Shown piece after piece: positions 47,210 through 61,209 of a stretch of DNA of 64,000 nt (positions within the stretch are counted from its first letter, which is position 1; each line of letters opens with the position of its first letter). A program made the position numbers and the translations under genes. Below the pieces are notes generated by a model, which was given only the letters and a program-made list of their open reading frames with translations, was not told the DNA's origin and made no database searches. The stretch spans positions 41,983,009 through 42,047,008 of the forward strand of contig NC_068991.1 in assembly GCF_001194135.2 (NCBI RefSeq), in the 5' to 3' direction. The DNA is from Octopus bimaculoides (lineage: Eukaryota).

Positions 47210-50200
47210 ATCACCATCATCACCATTTAACATTCATTTTCTGGGTTAGATGGTTTGACTGAAGAAGCCAGAAAGCTGCACCAGCTCCAGTCTGTTTTGG
47301 CTTGGTTTCTACAGCTGGATGCTCTTCCTAATGCCAACCAGTCCACAGTATACTGGGTGCCTTTTACGTGTCACCTGCACGGGTGCCTTTTACGTGTCAC
47401 CGGCACGGGTGCTTTTTACGTGTCACTGGCATGGGTGCTTTTTACATGTCACCAGCATGGGTGTCTTATGTGTCACTGGCCTGAGTGCCATACACACATC
47501 ACCTGCACTGACCACAACCATGATTTCACTTAGCATGACGTGTCTTCTTAAGCACAGCAATTCGCCAAATGTCCTGGTCACTTGTCATCACCTCCATGAG
47601 ACTCAACATCTGAAGATCATATTTCACCACCTCACCCCATGTCTTCCTTGGTCTACCTCTTCCACAGGTTCCTTTCCCAATTAGAGATAGGGCACTTCTT
47701 TATGCAGCTATCGTCGTCCATATGCATCACATGATCATACCATATATCTGATGCCTATTATACTCAATGTTTCTCTCAAGACACTTTCATTCTGTCATAT
47801 GTGCACACTGACATTACACATCTAGCAGAGCATACTAGCTTCATTTCTTTCACGCCTTCACAGTCCATATTTCACTGCCATGCAACATGGCTGTCCACAC
47901 AAGCATCATACAATCTGCCTTCATTCTGAGGGAGAGTTTCTTTGTAACCAACAAAGGTAGAAGCTCCCTGAACTTTGCCCAGCCCCTTCTTATTCTAACA
48001 GCTATTCTCTCAGGGCATTCTTCTCCACTTGGTCACTTAGGTAACACAAACTGTCTACTACTAAGCATTCCCCTAGGAATTTGATGAAATCTATTTTCTG
48101 TACATTATTAGTGTTTATTGTATCTGCACATCAGCCACACACAAAGACTACTTTCTCTGTTAACCTTCCATTCATAGTGCTGCAACTTTTATGTGTCTAT
48201 AGCTTGTACTATGTACACCTTATAGTTTCTACCTACACCTTTTCTACATAATGAGCACGGCATCTGCCTGAAGGGATTTGTGATTTGTCTGTTTTTGTAC
48301 TTAATAAGATTTTGATCATTGCTAAATTAACTCTAAGGCCCTTTGATTTTAGACCTTACTTCTACACCTGAAATTTCTTCTTTAGTTCTGGTAATGATTC
48401 AGCTACACAAGATCATCAGCATAGAGGAGATCACAAAAGCAGCCTGTCTTAAAATGATGAACAAAAGGGGGCTGAGAACCGATCCTTGGTGAACTCCTAC
48501 CTGTATGATGGATTCATTGCTATACTCATTGCCAACCTTCACCTTACTAACAGCATCCCTGTACATGGCTTGTACAGCTCCCACCGACCACTCATCGATC
48601 CCCAGCTTCCACAGTGACCACAAGATAAGTGAGTGAGAGACCCTGTCAGAGGTTTTCTCCATGTCAACAAAAGTCAAATAGAGGTTTATTTTTGCCTAAA
48701 TACTTCTCCTGCAGCTGCTTACCAGGAATATAGCATTTGTAGTGCTTCTCCCTGGCACAAAACCAAACTGCATCTCATCAAGACTAACTCTCTCCCTAAT
48801 TAGTTGGGTTATGGCCCTCTCAGTAACTATCATCACCTGGCCCAGCAGTTTGATATTTCTGTAATTATTTCTGTCTACCTTTGTAGCAGTTAACTATAAT
48901 GCTGCTAGACCAGTTGTTGGGTATGACTCCCTCTTGGACAACCTGATTAACTATACAGATAACTAGACCATATCCCACTCCACCAGATATCTTATGCATC
49001 TCAGCGGTGATTACTGATGGGTTGGGGGCTTCCCTAGTCTTCATATCCTTCATAACTTTATTTACCAAGATATTGTGTATTCAGATAGCTGGTCTCTCTG
49101 TTGGGTTCACATTAGGCAAACTCTCCTTCTTCCATGCATTCTCTACAATTAGCAGCCTTTCATAGTGGTACTTCCAAACCTCTTTCTTTGCAGAGTCATT
49201 AACTGCAAGTGAACCATCATCCATGCAAATGCACTTCCCTCCTACATCAGGATTTTTCCTGACACATTGTCTTGCAAACCAAAACACCTCAAGCTGCTGG
49301 TCCCCACATCACAAAACATTGGCAAATTTCTTCCTTTCTGCTTCTATCCTGGCTAAGTACACCCATTTCTTAAATTACCTTCTAGCTACCTAATATAGTT
49401 CTTTACTACCATTTCCTTGCTCTAATGGTCTTGTCAACAACACTGTTCCATCCCCATATCACTCTAGGTCTAGTTGGGACTTTGTACGAGCCACAGCAAG
49501 TTGTCCCATAGGAACTTGTAGTTACCTTCTTCATTACATGTCTGTAAGTCTTCCTCCTCATTAAATGCTTCAGATAGAACAACACTAAATCTCTGTAAGC
49601 TTCCAGATCCTTCTTTACCAGACTGGCCTGCTTCTTGGAATCTTTCTAGCCTGTAGTCTGAAGTCACTAATGGCTAACTTATGCTGAGGGGTACATTTTT
49701 CACTAGGAAAAGCCTTTGCATTTATGAGCAACCATGTACCTAGCTTTCTGGTGAGAATGTAGTCTATATGGCAAGCTTGGCCAACAGACTGATAGGCTAT
49801 CAGGTGGCTGGCAGGTTTTCTGAAGTTGGTGTAGCAGACCATTAGGTTATTTGCATCACAAAACTCCAGAAGCCTTGTTCCCTCCTTATTACAGGAACCA
49901 TCTCCATGGTCACAAAGTACACCATAGAAGATGACCAATAACTGCCCAACATGTCCATTGAAGCCACCAGCCATGAAAAGAAGGTCACAGTCATTTGTCT
50001 TTGAGGTAGTCTGCAAAGAAACATCATAAAAAATTATCCTTCTGTTCATTTAGCAGACCAGTTTGAGGGACATAGGCAGAGATTACTGTTGCTGTACTAT
50101 TTTGCAAAACTAGTTTAAGTTTAAGTACCCTATCATGCACTCCGACTACCTCAATCACCTTATTCACTTATTTCTCAGCTAGGAATATGCCCATGCCACC

Positions 50201-50860
50201 TATCCCTTCACTGTTGCCTTCTCAGAGGATGTTTTTTGCCTGTGAAGAACCTAGCTGAAGCACCTCTCCACCAAACCACTTGAATGCTACACACATCAAC
50301 ATGCCTCCTCCATTCAAGCATCTTAACAATCTCACCAGACTTATCTTTCAATGTACCTATACTGATGGTATAAAGATGTGAAAGGGAAGGCAAGAGGGAA
50401 CAAGGAGAAGGAGGACAGCATGTGACATCTCAAAAGAAGGTTTCAATGAGTGTTTACCAGTTAACATGAAATAGTCATTGTCCCCACATTTAATATCATC
50501 ATCCATTCATGTTACACTTGCTGCATCTACTGAAAGTGAGTGCTATATGAACATTATTAATACAAAGATAAATAAAAATAGTTGAGCACTATACATGCAT
50601 TGTTAATACAAAGAGAAATTAATTGATAAGAACTTTTCATCAACAACATTTTAGTGCAAGGTATACAAAGGATGCCATGTGTCTTGCAGTAATGCGGATG
50701 AGAGACCCTGAGGAGGGAGGAAGGGTAGAAGGATACATGAAGAAGAGGATGAAGAAAGAGGGAAGAAGAGATACCAAGAGAGGTTTCCAGTAGATAAGAG
50801 AGGTTTCCAGTATAGGTGTGGGGCAGGAAAGGGTCTGTGCATCATATGTAAGGAAACAAC
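47210..50860 (-). mobile_element. Near full-length decayed RTE LINE (APE endonuclease + RT) with 24-25 bp tandem repeats in its 3' UTR
   Basis: TISIGTLK...VDVCSIQVVWWRG (50300), AGGFNGHVG...NKEGTRLLEFC...HIDYIL..HKL (49615-50049), FVDMEKTSDRV...VGVHQGSVLSPLLF (48399-48677). Tandem gggtgc(c/t)tttacgtgtcac repeats at 47355-47480 and a (CAT/CAC)n tail. Confidence 0.9.
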
Positions 50861-51580
50861 TGAACAAGATATGCTCATTTCTAGAGCAGGAACAAGATAA
50901 GATATTCACATAGATACATTAATGATGAAATGAGAAGACAAGGTAAAACAGAGTATTAGAGGCAAAACTACAATTATGGTGAATTAAGTTAAATTAAACA
51001 TGGACTAATATAAACAAGGCAGAAATGCAAATAGCATGAATTATACATCAACTAAAAGCAAAGACAACAAATCAAAAAAAACAACTTATTTTATATTTTT
51101 GTTGCATCAGAGGTGTGTAGTATCCAAAGAAATTATTTGAGAGATAATGCAATGGCCAAAGTGTTTATTTATAATAGCAGCAACAGGAAGAAGAGGTTAG
51201 TAGCTAGACAATATTGGGGGAAGAATACAAAACCATCTCTCTGATGTCATTATGAAGAAGCAACTGAATGAAATATGCTCATATCTAGAGCAGGGCCATT
51301 AATGGAGAGAGAAGGGAGATGAGATAAGATATTTATATAGATACATTAATGATGAAAAGAGGAGACAAGGTAAAACAGGATATTAAGAGGTAAAAACTAT
51401 GATTATGGTAAATTAAATTAAATAAAAGACAGATTAAGGAAACAACTGAACAAGATATGCTCATTTCCAGAGCAGGAACGAGATAAGATATTCACATAGA
51501 TATGTTATTAATGAAATGAGTTGACAGGGTATTAGAGGCAAAACTACGATTATGGTGAATTAAGTTAAATTAGACATGGG
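50855..51580. repeat. Three direct copies of a ~150-170 bp unit (50855-51010, 51257-51430, 51435-51580)
   Basis: Shared caactgaa.aa.atatgctcat.tc.agagcagg...gataagatatt.a.atagat...attatggt.aatta. Confidence 0.8.
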
Positions 51581-52218
51581 TTAGTATGAACAGGGTTAGG
51601 GTTAGCAGATATGGATGATGTATCAAAGATCTGGACATATTTTTAGAATTACGCAGTGCAAACTGAAAGATTTTAGCTCCTGTGAAGGAAATAATAATCT
51701 TGCAGTAAGATTAAGAGTTCAGAAGTAGTAAAGTTTAGCAATATATATCAAACAGGTTTAGGCTGGAATTTTTCCATTAAGACATGAGAATGGTAATGTT
51801 AGTCATCCACAGAGAAAATTATTTATCATAGACCTGTTGGACTTCCATATAGTTCTCTATTGAAAGAAACTCTTTTTCAGAAGCAGTGAAGCAAATAATA
51901 ACAGAGAAAAAAATAAGTAGAGATAAAGAGAGAGGCGAGACAAAGAAGAAAGGAGAAAGGAAGAGAAAGAGAGAGTAGCAGAGTGGTAAAGTAACAAGAA
52001 ATAAACAAGTGATTTTTGTAGTCTAAAGAGTTCAGATCAATTTCTTCTCTCAAAAAAGAATTAAACAAAAATTATACATTAATCAAATGGCAAAGTCCTT
52101 CAGCTATTGAAATATTTGCTTCAACAACTTCCCAAACTCATGCACGTCATACTAAAAATAAATTAAATGCAGAAAAAACTGAGGAAAAGAGGCAGAAACA
52201 ACAAAAAAAAGTACAAAC

Positions 52219-52255
52219 CATGTATAAAAGTTTTTTCATATTCAGGGTAAATAAT
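52219..52255 (-). CDS. ABCD4: ABCD4-like micro-exon, 37 nt
   Basis: ttgcag/gtttgt boundaries. IIYPEYEKTFIH+G. Phase 0 in, phase 1 out, fitting both neighbours. Confidence 0.85.
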
Positions 52256-53447
52256 CTGCAATTGAAGCATAACTCTGTTGTAAAAGACATTAAAATAAGG
52301 TATTTAGTATAATTAAATTGATGTTATTGTTATACTTGGGGATGGTCATATCTTGCCAATTAAACACACATTATATATTTGGTCTTCACTTCAGCTTTAT
52401 TTTTATTATCTTAGTGTCTTTGTCAAAGCTCTTTCATCACATATCCTGTGACCTCTTTATCCCACGTGTCTCCTCTTGTACAGCTTAGTACTTTTCTTTT
52501 CTTTTTTACATAAATTGATGTTCTGTACTACAAATCCACTATATTACTTTGACCACAGTAAAATTTTCACTTTTTGTCCATGTTACCGATATACCAACAC
52601 AGCATGAAAAATCAAAATCTTCAGAATACAAAAATAAATTTCTATGCTTAATAGACACACACCCTCATGATGTAAAAAATGAAACATAAAGTATTACCCC
52701 TATAGTCTTGACATTAACATAGTTTTTACAATGCGACTGCATCTTCAGATTTGATAGTTTTTGTCAGAGTTCATTTAACATCACCCATCATTTTATTAAG
52801 TGCAAAGCAACAGAGTCAGTTTACATATTGGTAAGATAATCTGCATATCCTACTACTTGTACTTGCAGTGGCATTCACCTGGGGTGGGTTGAGCCAGCTC
52901 CAACCAACAAGTTTACAATGTCCCTCATGAATGCTGACCAAATCTGATGAATTTGACAAATGCCCCACTGAGAGAGAAAGAGCATTGGATAGCTTGGACA
53001 CAGTAGCCATGGTTGTCATTCACTGTTGAGGTATGAATACGAATTTGCATATTGGTGTTAGTCTGAAAGCTGTGTATTGGTAAACTATAACATCAACCAC
53101 TAAGAGCAGCAGCATCAATGGTGTCATTAACCCAAAACACAAGCCTCTGTGCCTCCGAGGTGGCTGTTCTTGTACGTCTATCATCCGAGCACCTCTGACT
53201 CACCCATTTCTTCACCTTTCATCACTCTTTATACATCCATCTCGACTTCCTTTGCATAAGTCACTATCATTCTTCCTCAGGACTTGGCACCCTTTGGAAT
53301 GTCCCTGTTCATGTATTCTCTACAGGTATTGACCTGAAACAGTTTAAACGGAGTATTAACAGCATCTATTCTCACCAGTCTCAGAGGACTGCAAGGGTCA
53401 TGGGCACTGCACCTTCCTCCAGATTGAGAAAGTAAAATAAAAAAAAT

Positions 53448-53935
53448 AGGTGTGGCTATGTGGTAAGAAGCTTGCTTCTCAACCACATGGTTCCAAGTTC
53501 AGTCCCACTGCATGACATCTTGGGCAAGTGAATTTATGCATTAAATTTGCATTTATGTGACATAAGCATAATTTCATCAGAGAAAAAGATGTACCTTGAG
53601 ATGTTATATGTGGACCTATCAGTTCATTTCAGGAGACAATACTAGGTATTGAACCAGTATTTCCTTGGATGCAACCATGCGTTTACGAGGTTAACATATC
53701 CTCTAACTAAATATATTTATGTGTGTGTGTCTTTGTGTTTGTGCTTGTCCACGCTTGACAACTGATATTGGTAAGTTTATGTCCTGTAACTTAGCAGTTC
53801 AGTTAAAGAGACCAATAAAATAAGTACTAGGCTAACTAAGAATAAGTCCTGGAGTTGATTTGTTGAACTAAAATTCCTTTAAGGCAGTGCTCCAGCATGG
53901 CCACAGTTAAAAGATTGAAACAAGTAAAAAAGTAA
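53448..53935 (+). mobile_element. SINE (44997 family) with an interrupted middle
   Basis: Head 53448-53530 (gtggctatgtggtaagaagcttgcttc...gttcagtcccactg) and tail 53720-53935. Confidence 0.8.
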
Positions 53936-55658
53936 ATAAAATAGAAAAAAAACATTTCAAAAAGGTATGGAGGAGCAGCAGCTATCACGTTTGGATCAAT
54001 AACCCCACCTTGCCTGCCTCTGTTGTTGACACTCCAGAATCTAGATGGACCAATAATGGAACTGGAGCCAATGAGAGATTTCCAATACATTTGCTCAAGA
54101 ATAAAAGTGACACATTGGACAGTTTAATATTTGATATACCATGACAAGATGTTCATTGCTATAGCATTTTTGATAATAGTTCTCTACACCAAAAACAATT
54201 AACCATACTGCATGTCAGAATGTGCAATCTGGTCCTTATCAAGGGTATATCCAGAGCTATGAATCTGTGGATTGCACCTCTACAGACTTAGGACTACACA
54301 GTAACAACAAACCTTTTCTTTTATCTTTCCTATTCCCTAAGTTATAGAAATGCAATCTTTCTGATATTGTGAATTCCACTACATACTACCCATTACCATT
54401 CACAACTCCTGCCACCCCAAAGCTGCCCACTGTCTCTTGTAAGTGCTGATTTGTAGCACTCAATTTTACCATTTCAATCAACAAAAACTAACTTTGCAAA
54501 ATATACATTCCAGTTTGCAATTGTTTTTCTGACAATGCAATCCTTACAGCATCTCTGTGTAGCAACACATCCTCACTAAGATATACTACATAGTTGTATT
54601 ATGAGGGCACTAACTTAGTACCCCTGTAACATAAATAGGCAGCCAACATGATTGATGCAGTAAATTAAATGATTCTAATAAAACTCTCATTACAGCAGCC
54701 ACCACACAATAATCAGTGGTACAAACAATCCACTCATATAATTCATACAATAGCTCTTTAAGTATGACAAGTGATGACATTTATGCACTCTTAAACCCGA
54801 CATTTCTTTTTGCATCTCTCTCTCTCCTGTTCAAAACTTCTCACTTTCTTCTCAAACAAGTAAAACCACATCTCCTATAGCTGCAGCTAAGGCAGCTTAC
54901 AATTACTCTGCTCTTGCATGAATCAAATGAGTCACTAAAATGGTCTGAGAAGATTCCAGGTCTAAGGAAAGAACTTCTGAAACCAACTTGGCATGCACTT
55001 GTTTCTATGATAAACAGAGTCATGCCTTGAAACTATCTAAATTAAAACCATCCATCCAAATTTTGTGTTAATCTATGTTCCAAATGTCAGCTCAATAATG
55101 ACAAAGTTATTTTACAGAATTCTTCTTAATTTTAAAAATTAATTGAAATAAAGGTAGTAAGTGACAAAAATATGACAGCAAAAGTGCTAGCATACACAAT
55201 AATCACAAACAGACCATTTTGTTCTCAGCAAATCTACATGGATTGGAGGAAGCTGATAAGCAAGGAATTAAACTCTTCTGTTGATATGGTTGGTAAAAAA
55301 AAACATTCAACCCATTTCCATCACAGAAGTTGATAAGAAAGACAGGTGCTTAGCCATAAAAACACATGGCCCCCAAATCTTATGGAAAGCAATGTGTTGT
55401 ATCTGTTTTTCTAGAACAATGTAATATTCTAAGACAGACAAATGAATTTCAACATGTTCAGTTAGAGGTATCTTGGAAATGATATATGTAGAGAAATAAG
55501 ATATTAGGAGAATAAACATGTAAAGAACATAGAAAGTAATGAAGAAAAATAAATAACCAAATTATTCCAAAGAAATTTTCAAAAATGTTTTTCAAGCAGG
55601 CAAACAAATGCAACAAGATGCTTTGACAATCAAGAATTATTGCCATGCAAAAACTTAC

Positions 55659-55750
55659 TTGTTGTAATAAACTCCCATTGGTAAGATATGGTTTTTGTGG
55701 CAAGAACATAATTCCATCAGAACCAAGGTAATGGGGACAACTGATAGTTC
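55659..55750 (-). CDS. ABCD4: ABCD4-like exon (Q-loop), 92 nt
   Basis: tgtttcag/gtaagt boundaries. (G)TISCPHYLGSDGIMFLPQKPYLTNGSLLQQ resembles ABCD4 [22 protein letters not shown] as I recall it. Confidence 0.93.
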
Positions 55751-56239
55751 CTGAAACAATGAAAAGCAGTTAAGAGTATAAAGACTTTTAACAACTTGAT
55801 TTATTTGAGTAATTATGCAATCACAAAGCATGAGTTAAATTTGTTTCCAATACAATTTTATAACATGTTATTTATCACATAGACTAAAATATGAAAAGTA
55901 AATTGGCCAACCTCACAACAGCACTTCAAGTGGTGTTGTTCTTGTAGTGGTTGCTGGTTTTATAATATTGTTGATTCTTCCAGGCACTACTGAAGACCTG
56001 GTCTTCAAGGAGGGATAGTTCTTATAGGAAAATCTGCAGTAGAATCAGAAGAAATTCTAGATATGGTAGCAAAATCTAGAATCAACAGGCAACAAAGTAA
56101 ACTTATCAAAGGCAAAAGTATTAGTAAGCAGAAAGAAGATAAGACCCTACTCCAACAGGAAAACGTCTGCATTTGATATGCAGAATAGGAGTTAAGTAGA
56201 GTTACATTTGTTGTACCCAGTGTAAACTATAGTCACACA

Positions 56240-56540
56240 AGAGGTGTGGAGGGATCTCAGGAAGGCTAACACTGAAGGTAGATTATATGAGGCAGATGTT
56301 TAGAAGCAGTAAACACTAGATTCGTTCAGGTTTTCACAGCTCCCAATAACTAATTGAAAGCTTCTGATATCTAGCATTAGAAATGGGTGCTTTAAATGAA
56401 TAGTAGTCAGCATATAAAAGCAAGCTATGAGCTATTATCTCTGCTGTAACAAAGTAAAGATGAGATTATATGATGCCTGTGTACAAAGTATGATATTGCA
56501 TAGAAGTGAGATGTATACACTGAATGCAAAGGATTTCCTT
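56240..56540 (+). mobile_element. RTE RT C-terminal fragment
   Basis: RLYDACVQSMILHRSEMYTLNAKDF at ~56460-56540. Confidence 0.6.
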
Positions 56541-57239
56541 GCATTCTTCAGTTCTACATGAAATCTTGAATGTTGTCACTGCTTACATTTTGCACTGTGG
56601 ATAGACCACTGTCCATCCTACTGCAGTAAACTGTCCACTTTGCAAGGTGAATTTACACATTAGAAGATAAGTGTCACAACTGAGGATAAAATGGCTGTTG
56701 TTGTGAGAGGGCACTAATCACTGACACTCAATCATTGGCTGTTTGCTACTCTCTCACCACAGTCATCTATAATCACACTACCATGCAAGTGATATACAAT
56801 CATTAAATCTTTTGTTGATAACAGAGGCCACAGTATATTTTACTACTTTGTCCTTAATCTAACTGCTATGCATTTAGTACAACATCCTGTAATGATGATT
56901 AGGTCACCTTGGTAACAAAAGCAATCAATTAATTCTCACAAAAATTCTAGGCAGATGAAAACCTTCATTCCTTTAGTATTATTATTGCTACAAGGATACT
57001 ATTACTTCTAATTACTCTTTTTGTATCAGTTACATATGAAATCGATCTTCTCTATCAACTTGCTTGGGATCCCACCATATCTTTTGTGGATCTATAATTC
57101 CTACCTAGTCTCTTTTCAGATATTGCATATGACCATCTCAGGGAGGGCAGTAGAGTCCTGCTTACTTGCCTGCTAATTAAATTTGTCTTTGCTAAGTTGA
57201 CCTATGTGCTTCTCAGTTGTGTAAGCATATATACATATA

Positions 57240-57320
<81 letters not shown>

Positions 57321-57510
57321 CATCATCATCATCATCGTTTAACGTCCGCTTTCCATGCTAGCATGGGTTGGACGATTTGACTGAGTACTGGTGAAACCAG
57401 ATGGCTACACCAGGCTCCAATCTGATTTGGCAGAGTTTCTACAGCTGGATGCCCTTCCTAACGCCAACCACTCACAGAGTGTAGTGGGTGCTTTTACGTG
57501 TCACCCGCGC
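57321..57510 (-). mobile_element. RTE LINE 3' end with (ATG)n tail
   Basis: catcatcat...cgtttaacgtccgctttccatgctagcatgggttgg...ctacagctggatgcccttcctaacgccaacc, homologous to 47210-47400. Confidence 0.85.
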
Positions 57511-57551
57511 CAACATACAAAACGGACATTAAATGATGATGTTGATGTTGT

Positions 57552-57589
<38 letters not shown>

Positions 57590-57596
57590 ATGTATA

Positions 57597-59720
57597 CACA
57601 AGAATCCCTCACAATACAAGTGTAATGCATTCCTAAAAATCTTGTAATACGAAATCTCATACTATAAAATCTATTTCCTATTGACTTTCATGTTACAAAA
57701 TGAGATGTAATTCAATGGAATTTTTCTGAAAAAATAACAACAAAAAAAGCAACATAATTACTTTTATGCATGCAAATAACAATTTCTAAACGAATACATA
57801 GTACAACATTTATACATAAAAAAACTTGATGAGAAATAAGTTAGCGAATAAATAAGAATCATAACACCATAAAAAGGTACATTCTTATCACTAAAGATGT
57901 TGACCATTGTGGGAGAAGCAGTTGAGAAAGGAGATTTACTAAGAGGATGATAGACACTGTCTTCTATCTTATAATTCATCATCATCAACATTTATTTGAG
58001 GGATGAAGAAATCATCCAAAATTGTTTGATGTTTATGGCACATCATCTCTTAATACATCACAGTGTGGAAACTGAACTCATTGTAAACTCACCTTGAAAT
58101 TTTTACATTACATTCACACTTAGGGTTATTATCAGCAAAAAAATTGCAGGCCTTCTAGAAATGCCAAACTTTTTGCAATATTCTTTGCAGTCAATTTAAG
58201 TGAACTTGGTAGAAGTTCCATATTTTCATTTGTATTCCCAGTTTGTTCTTGTACAAATACCATCAACTCCTCAATAGCTAAACTTTTTCTATGGGACACT
58301 AGTAACACATCGTCCTCTAAAACTTCTTCAAATCCTATATCATTTGAAAGCATTACAATATCTCTCCAAAACTATTGTAGACTTTATACTTGTGGAAAGC
58401 TTGTAATTTCACGGATATAGCCAAGTCACATATTTTTTCAGGCACCATTCAAGTTGAGGGCATCACTTCATCTGTTGACTCAGTTATGTTATCCACAGCA
58501 ATGATTATGTTGAATTTTTTCCAGAAGTCTCAAACTGTTGGTTTATCTTCCTATGAAATGCTTTCGTAAGTTGTTTGAAAGTTCTTCTGAGATAATATAT
58601 CTTGAAGTGAGCCGTCATACCTTGATCCATTGACTAGAGCAGTGGTCCCCAAACCGTGTGCTGCGGCACACTGGTGCACCATAAGATGTAATAAGGTATG
58701 CCTCGTAAAAGTAAGATTATATTTCAAAATATGAAAAATACAAACTGAAATTCACTATAAAGTTCATATATAAATGTCAAAGAGGCAAAAAACTAAATAC
58801 TAAGTTCTAAACTAAGAATGAGAGGTAGTTGTGTCATTCAATTATATGACAATGACAGTGTTATTCAATTTTGAATCTGAAATTTCATAAGAATAAGAAC
58901 TAAATTAGCATCAATCTATCCTTAAAATTGACGTCTTATGGACACATTTAGTGCATAACTATGTTTCAGTTTATTTCGGTTGTAGCCTCAGCAGTTTTCA
59001 TTTCATTAATAAGTGTGAAAAATAAACTATTGAACTAAAATATACAAATGTTGAACTAAATCTTTTAATATGTCCTCACATATTGCAGCTGTATTTCAAT
59101 TTTTTTCATTCATATAGTGACAAGAATTTTCATCTTTTCAATTAATTTTGAAAGACTTCTCAAAAGAATCTGATAATATGTGACACACTGTCACTTTTCA
59201 CAGCTCACTGGTCACTTGTCTCAGTTTGACTCTGTTAGTGATCTGTGCAAGACAATTCATATTAACAGACTAAATTACCCACAAAATGGAAAAGTTTATT
59301 GAGAGGAAACATAACCGTGATGATTATATATTTACTCTGGTGTGTAGACCCCTTCAGCAATTGTTTTCTTCAGCTGTTTAGGATGATCAGAAGCAGCTTC
59401 TGAATCAGCACCTTCATCAGACACTTTTTATGGTGTAAAAATTCAAGCACTTCTTAATCCTTTCAAATCAGCATTATCGATGCTTCAGCTTCCTTTTTCA
59501 GCAAATCATCAAACAAACTTTTATCTTGATTTTGATTTACCACTGTCGAGTCAGATCTTCAATCCATACATCCGACAGCTATTCCATTTTAAGCTTCACA
59601 CATAATCTTTGAGGTCAAAGCAGTTCATGGAGTAGCTTCTTGAGCACTTGACTAATTTTCTCTTGATTGTCCTATATTTTTCTCACTGTAGATGTTGCAA
59701 GCTTTAGTGTTTTGGCAATC
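57597..59720 (-). mobile_element. Decayed Tigger/pogo DNA transposon, interrupted by a hAT fragment
   Basis: HTH-region WIED...ADSEAA..HP..LKKTIAEGVYTP (59335-59600), DDE-region SMDQGMTAHFKIYYL (~58590-58635), C-terminal IGFEEVLEDDV...SHRKSLAIEEL (58132-58353). Confidence 0.75.
58640..59330 (+). mobile_element. hAT (Charlie-like) 5' fragment
   Basis: Terminus CAGTGGTCCCCAAAC after ctagag, and ATG GAA AAG TTT ATT GAG AGG AAA (MEKFIERK) at ~59287. Confidence 0.5.
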
Positions 59721-60852
59721 ACCATTATTATCATCAATTTGAAAATCACTTTTTGCATGCTTGCATGGATCAGTCAGAATTTGATGCAGCAAGTTTTCTA
59801 TGGCTGAATGCCCTTCTTATCACCAACTCTCACCTGTTTCCAAGTAAGGAAACAGGTTTTCTTATGACCAGCTATGTTTTCCCAAGAGATTGGAAATGGA
59901 CACCTCTTGAATGATGGCAACATTTGCTTACAACTACCAGGTGATGTCAAGGTAAGGAGACACTAACACACATATACACACCACCCTGCTGACACACAAC
60001 ATATGCAGCTAAAGACATTGCTATCATGTTAAAACTATTATTATAGTTGCCAGTTGATATTCAAAAGTTCATGGGTTGGAAATGGCAATCATCATATTGG
60101 TTTTAGTGTTGATAGTGGTTGTGTTGGTGTTGGTGAGAGACAGTGGTGATGATGAAGATTGATATATGTATATATATNNNNNNNNNNNNNNNNNNNNNNN
60201 NNNNNNNNNNNNNNNNNNNNNNNNNNNNNNNNNNNNNNNNNNNNNNNNNNNNNNNNNNNNNNNNNNNNNNNNNNNNNNNNNNNNNNNNNNNNNNNNNNNN
60301 NNNNNNNNNNNNNNNNNNNNNNNNNNNNNNNNNNNNNNNNNNNNNNNNNNNNNNNNNNNNNNNNNNNNNNNNNNNNNNNNNNNNNNNNNNNNNNNAAATT
60401 GTTAAATTTATCCAAGTATAAGGTGAAATTGCAGGTCATGTCCCCAAATTGCTGATCATCTTTTACAATATATGTAAGTGAGAAATCCTGTAACCCAAGT
60501 TAGTCGTAAAGCGGGGAATACCTGTATATGTAATATTTGTATTTGGTAAGTCACCTTCTCAATTGTGAAAGCATAAACACACACACACACGTGTATATTT
60601 TATGCTCTTTTGAGTATACTTAAAGGCCAGACGCCCTCAGAATACTTGGACTTTGATCATGAATTGTTGAAGCAAATGTCCCTGTCTTTTCGATTTTGTC
60701 ATTCTAATTGTTATCCATTTGACCAAAGCTAACAAAATAATAAACTATTTTGCCTAAAGTGAATGCAACACAAAGGGTTTGAGTTAAGGGCAGAAAAAAA
60801 TCCATCAAATATACAAATATAATTGCAAAGTAAACAGAAAACAAAACCCTAC

Positions 60853-60963
60853 CTGATGCATGTGGCCACAAGCCACTGATTACTCGTAACAAGGAGCTTT
60901 TACCACATCCACTTTCACCAGTTAATAATACATTTGTTCCGATTTGGAGTTGAAAGGTCAAGT
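60853..60963 (-). CDS. ABCD4: ABCD4-like exon (Walker A), 111 nt
   Basis: Pyrimidine tract ...tttgaaag and gtaggg donor. (N)LTFQLQIGTNVLLTGESGCGKSSLLRVISGLWPHAS(G). Phase 1 on both sides. Confidence 0.93.
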
Positions 60964-61209
60964 CTTTCAAAGAAGCAAGAAAGAGAAAATAAAAGAACAT
61001 TTTTGTATAATCACTAATTGATTATAATTAGTATACTCTATTATCTTATAATTAGCAATCCCACACTCACTTCTAAAATGTGAGGAGTTATGTAGCTTCT
61101 TGACAGTAAGAATCCCATTTTGCCCTGGCCCATTTCTTCCATACCTTATCCGTCTCTACTCCTCTTTCTCCTGGTATAAAGTCACTCTCTCCCATCCTAG
61201 TCATAGTCT

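Larger units (their letters stand above)
897..60396. other. Assembly gaps (N runs) at about 897-1013, 3561-3853, 5291-5421, 10316-10415, 14570-15057, 18631-19154, 27161-27896, 28773-29064, 35159-35975, 37375-37384, 38456-38555, 60178-60396
   Basis: Runs of n, nearly all flanked by microsatellites. ORFs made of X are artefacts. Confidence 0.99.

Noticed and set aside
53277-53345. Acceptor-like tgtttcag followed by VNTCREYMNRDIPKGAKS* on the minus strand
   Set aside because: No similarity to ABCD proteins, and the ABCD4 exon chain is complete without it. The region looks like LINE debris.
60964-61000. ORF-track extension MFFYFLFLASLK upstream of the Walker A exon
   Set aside because: This is the intron pyrimidine tract. 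The exon starts at 60963.
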